The notes below the pieces were generated by a model. The model was not told where the DNA came from. It searched no databases and was given only the letters and a program-made list of their open reading frames with translations. Below, piece by piece: positions 18,542 through 24,513 of a stretch of DNA of 64,000 bases (positions are counted from its first letter, which is position 1; the number at the start of each line of letters is the position of its first letter). Where the stretch lies: positions 313,336 through 377,335 of the forward strand of contig CAZWBG010000001.1 in NCBI GenBank assembly GCA_964632215.1. Reading direction: 5' to 3'. This DNA comes from an uncultured Candidatus Saccharibacteria bacterium. GTDB taxonomy: Bacteria; Patescibacteriota; Saccharimonadia; Saccharimonadales; UBA7683. The position numbers were made by a program, and so were the translations under genes.

Positions 18542-18955
18542 ATGCTGGCAACGCAGCAGGCTGTTGATCTTTCGACCTGCAACACGGATCAAGTTATACG
18601 TGTCGTATTCAGTGACAAAGACGGGTTCGGGTCCATCTTCGACTTGAGACTTAAGACACAAGACGACTCGTTCACCGTCAGCGATGACTACCTTACGGGG
18701 GTAGAAATTGCGGTTATTACGACCACCTTCGAAAGCATCGACCCTAAACCAGGTGGCCGCCACCTCAAGAGCAATGAAACCACACGCATGATCGAGGTCA
18801 CAGAGCTCATCGTTCCTGCGAGTGCCTACACCAACGTGTGTCGGCATCTAACAGTTGGTAACTCCTCTCTACCACTCATTACTGGCATAGGATACCTCAG
18901 GCTTGCAGACGAGATCCACGGATCCATTAAGAGCATTGAAGTCAGAGCAGCCTGA
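18542..18955 (+). CDS. small hypothetical protein, cassette B
   Basis: 137 aa. A diverged paralog of cassette A, at roughly one third identity by eye. Confidence 0.6.
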   Translation: MLATQQAVDLSTCNTDQVIRVVFSDKDGFGSIFDLRLKTQDDSFTVSDDYLTGVEIAVITTTFESIDPKPGGRHLKSNETTRMIEVTELIVPASAYTNVCRHLTVGNSSLPLITGIGYLRLADEIHGSIKSIEVRAA

Positions 18956-18980
18956 ACGCTCACAACATATCTCCTGGTCG

Positions 18981-19033
18981 GGGCAACCATGTCTAAACAG
19001 TACATTCGGTACTCGTAAACGATGTGGTTGCCC
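18981..19033 (+). other. 13-bp-stem bipartite hairpin preceding hammerhead 2
   Basis: GGGCAACCAUGUC pairs with GAUGUGGUUGCCC, enclosing the inner hairpin AGUAC-AUUCG-GUACU. Changes relative to copy 1 are compensatory. Confidence 0.7.
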
Positions 19034-19036
19034 AAA

Positions 19037-19091
19037 ATCACTTCAGTAATTGTGTAATTACTCTGATGAGTTCAAAAGAACGAAAAGTGAT
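19037..19091 (+). ncRNA. type III hammerhead ribozyme, copy 2
   Basis: Sequence identical to copy 1. Predicted cleavage is between 19044 and 19045. Confidence 0.85.
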
Positions 19092-19118
19092 GTGAGCACA
19101 AATTAGATAGAAACTAAA

Positions 19119-19145
19119 AGAACCCCGTAAGTGCAGGGTTCTTTT
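19119..19145. terminator. bidirectional intrinsic terminator (cassette B converging on the KH gene)
   Basis: AGAACCC-cgtaagtgca-GGGTTCT flanked by AAAA and TTTT. Confidence 0.6.
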
Positions 19146-19239
19146 ATCACATATAAAGCTCTCTAGTTTTCCTAGACTCGCAAGCGAGCTTTGGTTTTGT
19201 CATGTGTTTATTTTTGTTTGTCCGTGGTGAACATAAGAA

Positions 19240-19671
19240 TTATATATCAAGATCATCGAGGTCCGCAAGCTCTTTTCGAGTCTTTTCGGTTAGATTCTCT
19301 TCCTCGTTTTCCACAGTCTCATCTTGAAACTCCTCCACAGGCTTGTCATCAGTACTATCATCTGATGTAGTATCATCATCTTGAGCTACCGAATGGATAG
19401 GTGTAGTGGCACCACTGCCGCCATCACTATCAACAATCTTGAGGTTATAGCGAGCATCATTCTTTGTACCAAGCGCTCGTAGCAATGTGCGAATGCTCTG
19501 CGCCGTACCACCGCGCTTACCAATAACTCGGCCGAGATCGTCAGGAGCTACGGTAAGTGCCAAAAGTACACCTTTCTCATCAATAGTACGTTCGACAGAA
19601 ACTTCATCAGGGTTACTGACAAGAGCTTTTACTACAAATTCTACAAATTGCTGGTCAATGCTTGCTGACAT
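19240..19671 (-). CDS. KH-domain RNA-binding protein (KhpA/YlqC-like) with an acidic C-terminal tail
   Basis: Contains LGRVIGKRGGTAQSIRTLL, the GxxG KH motif. It sits directly downstream of rpsP, the conserved position. Confidence 0.8.
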   Translation of the reverse strand: MSASIDQQFVEFVVKALVSNPDEVSVERTIDEKGVLLALTVAPDDLGRVIGKRGGTAQSIRTLLRALGTKNDARYNLKIVDSDGGSGATTPIHSVAQDDDTTSDDSTDDKPVEEFQDETVENEEENLTEKTRKELADLDDLDI

Positions 19672-19772
19672 AAGGTCTCCTCTGTTAGATAACTTCTCAA
19701 TCTAGTGTAGCATAAAAATAAAAGCTGCCGAAAGATATACTCGGCAGCTCTACTATATTATGAAGTTCAGAT

Positions 19773-20282
19773 CTATTTCTTTGATTCTTTTTCTTCAGCT
19801 TCAGGCTTCTCTTCTGAAACTTCTTCTGTCTCTGGCTTAACTTCTGCCTCAGGAGCAACAACCTCTGCCGCAGGAGATTCGGCTACTTTAGCTGGAGTTT
19901 CTTCAACCACAACTTCTGTCACAACCTCAGCTGGAGTCTCGGCAACCTCTTCAACTACCTCTTCCTTGGGAATGTTTCGTCGAAGTTTTTCAGCATGCTT
20001 GATAGTCTTAGTCTTATCGGTTGCAGTCTTCTTAACCCAACCTGGTAGAGTAACTTTTTCTGATTCAAAAACACGTACCACACGGTCAGATGGTTGAGCG
20101 CCATGTGTTAGGTAATATTCAGCTTTTTCTTTATCAAGTGTGACTGCTTTAGTGTGCGGATCAAAACTACCTAAATTAGCTACTACACGGCCGCTGGTAG
20201 GCTGACGGTGAGATTCTTGTACGATTACTCGATATTGGGCGAGACCTTTACGGCCAACTCTTTGCATACGAATTGCTAACAT
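19773..20282 (-). CDS. rpsP: 30S ribosomal protein S16 (bS16) with an acidic C-terminal extension
   Basis: Begins MLAIRMQRVGRKGLAQYRVIV. Confidence 0.9.
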   Translation of the reverse strand: MLAIRMQRVGRKGLAQYRVIVQESHRQPTSGRVVANLGSFDPHTKAVTLDKEKAEYYLTHGAQPSDRVVRVFESEKVTLPGWVKKTATDKTKTIKHAEKLRRNIPKEEVVEEVAETPAEVVTEVVVEETPAKVAESPAAEVVAPEAEVKPETEEVSEEKPEAEEKESKK

Positions 20283-20334
20283 CTAAAAATTACTTCCCTT
20301 CGACAATATGAATTTAATAAAACAATCTTGAGTA

Positions 20335-20363
20335 ATTATACAGATGATGACCCCTAAAGTCAA
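20335..20363 (-). promoter_or_regulatory. sigma70 promoter TTGACT-17-TATAAT for rpsP
   Basis: Read on the minus strand. It starts 17 nt downstream of hammerhead 3. Confidence 0.6.
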
Positions 20364-20380
20364 CTGAGGTACACTACTTT

Positions 20381-20435
20381 GTCACTTTTCGCGTTTTTAC
20401 GCTCGTCAGAGTAACCGCACAGTTACTGAAGTGAC
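20381..20435 (-). ncRNA. type III hammerhead ribozyme, copy 3
   Basis: Minus strand: GUCACUU C AGUAACU-GUGC-GGUUACU CUGACGA GCGU-AAAA-ACGC GAA AAGUGAC. The core is intact (N7 = C is allowed). All three stems carry compensatory changes relative to copies 1 and 2. Cleavage falls after the C complementary to 20428. Confidence 0.8.
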
Positions 20436-20437
20436 AC

Positions 20438-20524
20438 GGGTTAGCGGAGAAAAAGATAATAGGGAGAGTCAGTATGAGCTGACATCGAATCCATATTATA
20501 GAACTTTTTCTACGACGCTACCCC
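20438..20524 (-). other. long imperfect GGG...CCC hairpin preceding hammerhead 3
   Basis: GGGGUAGCG pairs with CGCUAACCC, AGAAAAAG with CUUUUUCU, and AUAAUA with UAUUAU. CCUGG lies just upstream. Confidence 0.5.
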
Positions 20525-20587
20525 ATGACCTGGAATCTCCAGGGTTTTACTCGAGTTTAACGCTTCGAGCACGCGTAACGCCCTTAT

Positions 20588-20941
20588 CTAGGAGACTGTC
20601 TTGCTGTTGAGAATGATCTCTCGGACGACACCAGTTCTCCCATTGTTGATAAAAATGATACCGCCCACTCGGAATATCCGAGAGATAACGTTATGTTTAG
20701 GATATCGAGTGACAACACCATGTATGTCAGTGTCCGTCTGAATGGCAACACCGTTGATATTATCCCGAGCAATTTTCGGCTCCTTCACCGTGATGAAGTG
20801 CCAAGTTGAATTTTCCGTACACACGGTGACAACGTCACCGGGGTCAGTACTAGCGAAATCGAGTTCGACTTGACGTATACCATCTCGAACACGATTGTCC
20901 GAGAACCTTGCTACTCCGGATATCCCGCTATGTTCATCCAT
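20588..20941 (-). CDS. small hypothetical protein, cassette C
   Basis: 117 aa with GGAGAT as RBS. Only weak C-terminal resemblance to cassettes A and B. Confidence 0.55.
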   Translation of the reverse strand: MDEHSGISGVARFSDNRVRDGIRQVELDFASTDPGDVVTVCTENSTWHFITVKEPKIARDNINGVAIQTDTDIHGVVTRYPKHNVISRIFRVGGIIFINNGRTGVVREIILNSKTVS

Positions 20942-21019
20942 TGGATCTCCTGTCCAATAGTTATCTGTCAGCGTTTCTAACAGATATAAACATTCGCCGA
21001 ATGCGAATGTTCAATATAA

Positions 21020-21048
21020 ATAATACAATTTAAGTGTTATTGGGTCAA
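21020..21048 (-). promoter_or_regulatory. sigma70 promoter TTGACC-17-TATTAT (cassette C)
   Basis: Lies immediately after the rnc stop. Followed by a leader hairpin AACAUUCGC/GCGAAUGUU (20989-21011). Confidence 0.55.
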
Positions 21049-21049
21049 T

Positions 21050-21754
21050 TTATTTGGATTCGTAAAATTCAAGGGCTTCTTCGGCGGCTTTTTGTTGGGC
21101 AGCTTGTTTGCTGCTACCAGATCCTGAGCCTCGAAGCTGTGAGCCAATAAACACGCCAAGTGTAAAGATTTTGTCGTGATCAGGCCCGTCTTCAGAGAGC
21201 ACTTTGTACTGAGGCGTTTGATTGTCTTTCTCCTGCGCTACCTCTTGTAAGTAGCTCTTTGGGTCACGCCACGAGCCAGTTTCTAGAATTTGTGGCAAAG
21301 TAGCAATAATTTGAGCATCTATAAACAACTTGGCGTGGTCATAGCCTTTGTCTAGGTAAATAGCACCAACGACAGCCTCAAAACTATTGGCTAAAATCTG
21401 CTGACGGGCTCGATCGGTACCGCGTTTCTCTCCGCGGCTTAAACGGAGCATACTCTCGAAGTTCAATCTGGTAGCTGCCGCACCAATGCTCTCAGTTCGC
21501 ACTAAAGCACTGCGCCAGTTAGTTAAAATTCCCTCTGGCTCGGTGTAGGTTTTATACAAAAATTCGGTTACTACCAACTCCAGCACAGCATCACCAAGAA
21601 ACTCGAGACGCTCATTGTGTTCTTGAGCTGACTTTTTGTGTTCGTTAATGTAGCTACGATGCGTAAAAGCCTGCATTAACAGAGCGGGGTCTTCGAAGGT
21701 AAAGCCAAAATTGGCCTGGGCAAAGTCTTGGTAAGGTTGCGTATTAAGGTTCAT
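21050..21754 (-). CDS. rnc: ribonuclease III
   Basis: Contains NERLEFLGDAVLELV (the RNase III signature) and a C-terminal dsRBD. Confidence 0.9.
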   Translation of the reverse strand: MNLNTQPYQDFAQANFGFTFEDPALLMQAFTHRSYINEHKKSAQEHNERLEFLGDAVLELVVTEFLYKTYTEPEGILTNWRSALVRTESIGAAATRLNFESMLRLSRGEKRGTDRARQQILANSFEAVVGAIYLDKGYDHAKLFIDAQIIATLPQILETGSWRDPKSYLQEVAQEKDNQTPQYKVLSEDGPDHDKIFTLGVFIGSQLRGSGSGSSKQAAQQKAAEEALEFYESK

Positions 21755-21829
21755 GGTGTGTAGGTTTTTGGTTATCGACTATGGAACTCTTGCAACTTCA
21801 ATACTCGATAACCGAAAATCTCTCCTTTC

Positions 21830-22324
21830 TTATAGTTTATCCTGTCTAATTTGTTTCATGGCAAGTAACATTAACTTTTCAATACCTTCGTATTCAATCT
21901 TATCAAGCGCTTCATTAAACTTAAACCAGCTGATGCCATTCATCCATTCTTCTTTCACTAAATGGTCACTATCACCCAGGGCCTTCACTAAGAAAACGTG
22001 CATAGTCATGAGAATTAAGCTATTTTGGCGGCGGTAACGGAATTGAGTTTTACCTAAGTGGTTTAGGACTTTCATCTCCTGAAGTCCCGTTTCTTCATTA
22101 ATCTCACGCTCAGCAGTTTGCCGAGGAGTCTCACCAGGCTCAATATGACCTTTAGGAATAGTCCAGCGGTCTTTAGCATCTTGAGCAAGTAGGATTTCTA
22201 CGCCACCCTTGTCGTCGCGCCTAAATACCACACCACCGGCAGTCGTCTCGCGAACTACCTCTTGAATAGCAGGTTTGCGCTTGAAATACTTTTTAAATTT
22301 ATTGAATGGTTCTGGTGTTTTCAT
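21830..22324 (-). CDS. NUDIX hydrolase
   Basis: Nudix box GHIEPGETPRQTAEREINEETG. Confidence 0.8.
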   Translation of the reverse strand: MKTPEPFNKFKKYFKRKPAIQEVVRETTAGGVVFRRDDKGGVEILLAQDAKDRWTIPKGHIEPGETPRQTAEREINEETGLQEMKVLNHLGKTQFRYRRQNSLILMTMHVFLVKALGDSDHLVKEEWMNGISWFKFNEALDKIEYEGIEKLMLLAMKQIRQDKL

Positions 22325-22833
22325 ATTGTTCCACCTTTCTTCTCTTCTGCTAGAATTGCAGGCTCAGCCTCTTTGGCTGGTTTTTTAGATCTCTCACCTT
22401 CATCAGGATGATCTTTTCGCCAGGCAGTACCGAGTACGCCGTTGATAAACTTACTCGAATTCTCAGCTCCAAAGCCCTTGGCAAGCTCAACCGCTTCATT
22501 AATAGTTACCTTGGGCGGAATATCACTCTTTTTAATGTCAAATAGTTCATAGAAGGACAGTCGCAAAATAGCGTGGTCAATTCGTGAAACCTGGGTCAAT
22601 GGCCACTCTGGAGCGAGCGGCTGAATTCGGGCATCAAGCGTGTCTAAATTGTCTACAACTCCGCGAATCAACCCCTCTACAAAGGCGAGGTCTTCAATAG
22701 TATCTTTATAGCGTCCCAGATGACGCTCTATTAGCTCGTCAATATCTGGTATATCACCAGAACGGACACGAAAATCGTATTCGTAAATAGTCTGCAGGGC
22801 AACAATACGGCCCAAATGTCTATTAGAAGCCAT
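22321..22833 (-). CDS. nusB: transcription antitermination factor NusB
   Basis: Contains RIVALQTIYEYDF...INEAVELAKGFG...FINGVL. Confidence 0.85.
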   Translation of the reverse strand: MASNRHLGRIVALQTIYEYDFRVRSGDIPDIDELIERHLGRYKDTIEDLAFVEGLIRGVVDNLDTLDARIQPLAPEWPLTQVSRIDHAILRLSFYELFDIKKSDIPPKVTINEAVELAKGFGAENSSKFINGVLGTAWRKDHPDEGERSKKPAKEAEPAILAEEKKGGTI

Positions 22834-22947
22834 GCAGGACCCCCTTATTAACAGAAGTAAGTATCGGCAAGTGTGCTACATACATGGTTATATCTTACTC
22901 CTTTCTGATCGTTAATGTACAAAAACGCTTACGCTTTATAAAACGCC

Positions 22948-23115
22948 CTACGCTTTGGTGGTTTGTTCGACAGTCTTCTTTTTAGCACTTTCGCGCTTAG
23001 TCGTATAGACCTTAACTGGACTCTTACTGTTGACGACTCGTGCAAGCTCAAGTTGCAGGTGGCTACGGCGTAGACCAGTCTTGCGCTTTGAGGTTTGTTT
23101 CTTAGGTTTACCCAT
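22948..23115 (-). CDS. rpmF: 50S ribosomal protein L32 (bL32)
   Basis: Below the ORF-track size cutoff. Hand translation gives MGKPKKQTSKRKTGLRRSHLQLE... (55 aa). Confidence 0.75.
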   Translation of the reverse strand: MGKPKKQTSKRKTGLRRSHLQLELARVVNSKSPVKVYTTKRESAKKKTVEQTTKA

Positions 23116-23236
23116 AGTTAGAAAAACTCCTTACGGTTATTTATTGATTAACTTAGAGCTATTATACCGCATTAAACTCCAAAACTCAACTGACCTATAC
23201 TTGACAAAAAGCATAAGCCTTGCTATAATATAGAGT

Positions 23237-23656
23237 ATGGTAAAACCTACACATTCTACAGGATATGAATCAGTTACTACAGGTATTAAACCTGAACGGA
23301 ACCTCAAGGCAAGAGTTCTACTCACCGCACTTGGTGTCGGTGGACTCGGGCTATTCCTTGCGGCTACCGCTGGTGCTAGCCAAAATACTACACCTAAGGC
23401 TGAAGTGCCGATTTGTATAGTTCCGGTGGATGCAGGTACGCACAACTTTACGCTTGAATCTGGTATGGGTGTTAATGATCTTATACATAGCATTCGTGGC
23501 TCCGGTGCTGGCGAAGGCGACCCCTGCTGGAATGCAGCTGAGGCTATCGCTCAGGATGCACTTGATACTCAAGAAGCGATTGCTGGTCATAATCAAGCCC
23601 GTGCAGTGGGTGCAACAGTTATACTTCCTGATGTAATTGTACAAGTGGGTCGATAA
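23237..23656 (+). CDS. membrane-anchored or secreted hypothetical protein
   Basis: 139 aa with TM/signal anchor VLLTALGVGGLGLFLAATAGA. Confidence 0.5.
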   Translation: MVKPTHSTGYESVTTGIKPERNLKARVLLTALGVGGLGLFLAATAGASQNTTPKAEVPICIVPVDAGTHNFTLESGMGVNDLIHSIRGSGAGEGDPCWNAAEAIAQDALDTQEAIAGHNQARAVGATVILPDVIVQVGR

Positions 23657-23663
23657 CTACCCT

Positions 23664-23999
23664 ATGCATAGATTTAATACATTTCCTAACTCTAGTGCAC
23701 GCCGTAAATTCTCGACTGCTTCAGCTGCACTTGGAGCCATAACTGGCTCAGGGGAGAAATTCAGATAGCCAAAGCATGTCCAGATCATTGAACCCGAACT
23801 TGATGACCTAGAGTCTTTCGCACAAATAATTGACCTTACCGCGGAGCGTTACGCAAGACGCCCGGTCGAAGAACAACCGAGTTTACTTGGAAGAACAGCC
23901 TTGGCTATAGGTAAAAAAGCTATTGATATCTTTACACCACAAGCTGAATTCAACCAAGATAGTCAAGCGAACAACGACACGCACGAACTTCCCGCTTAA
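23664..23999 (+). pseudogene. possible 111-codon ORF interrupted by one in-frame TAG (23766-23768)
   Basis: The frame from ATG 23664 stays open to TAA 23997-23999 except at codon 35. The downstream 76 codons have no start codon of their own. Confidence 0.3.
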
Positions 24000-24054
24000 A
24001 TTAGGTTAACGTCCCAATACTATTTAACGAAAGTGATTTATCTTGCCCACCGAT

Positions 24055-24495
24055 ATGCGTGCGGAACAACCGACAATTGAAGAGCAAGAACTTTGGCAAA
24101 AAGTTGACTTACAAATAAGTCCCCTTCAACGTGCGCTGCATCTACCGAGAGAAGCATGGGATAAAGCACAACCTTGGGAGCAATTTAAAGAGAAGACCTC
24201 TAAGAAATTCAAGATAGCCCTTGGAGTGTATGCGGTAGGTATTGTAGCAATTTGTGGCGTCAAAGGTACCTTTATTTGGACTGAGATGATCGAGAAGGAT
24301 AACCAACAGTCAGAGCAGAAACACGCAGATGCTCGGCGTGCTGCATGTGCTCGAGAGATCGGCAACAGATATGTCTCGATATCCTTGCCGCGTGATCCAG
24401 TACGAATCGCTTCTGATTTAGAAATCTGCGTGCAAAGTGGAAGTAGCGGGATTATAGAAACACTCAACCAAGCTTCGGAAGATAGTGGTGACTAG
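24055..24495 (+). CDS. hypothetical single-TM protein
   Basis: ORF with TM helix IALGVYAVGIVAICGV. Start could be ATG 24055 or TTG 24043. Confidence 0.45.
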   Translation: MRAEQPTIEEQELWQKVDLQISPLQRALHLPREAWDKAQPWEQFKEKTSKKFKIALGVYAVGIVAICGVKGTFIWTEMIEKDNQQSEQKHADARRAACAREIGNRYVSISLPRDPVRIASDLEICVQSGSSGIIETLNQASEDSGD

Positions 24496-24513
24496 CCCTT
24501 ATTCGCTCACTTA

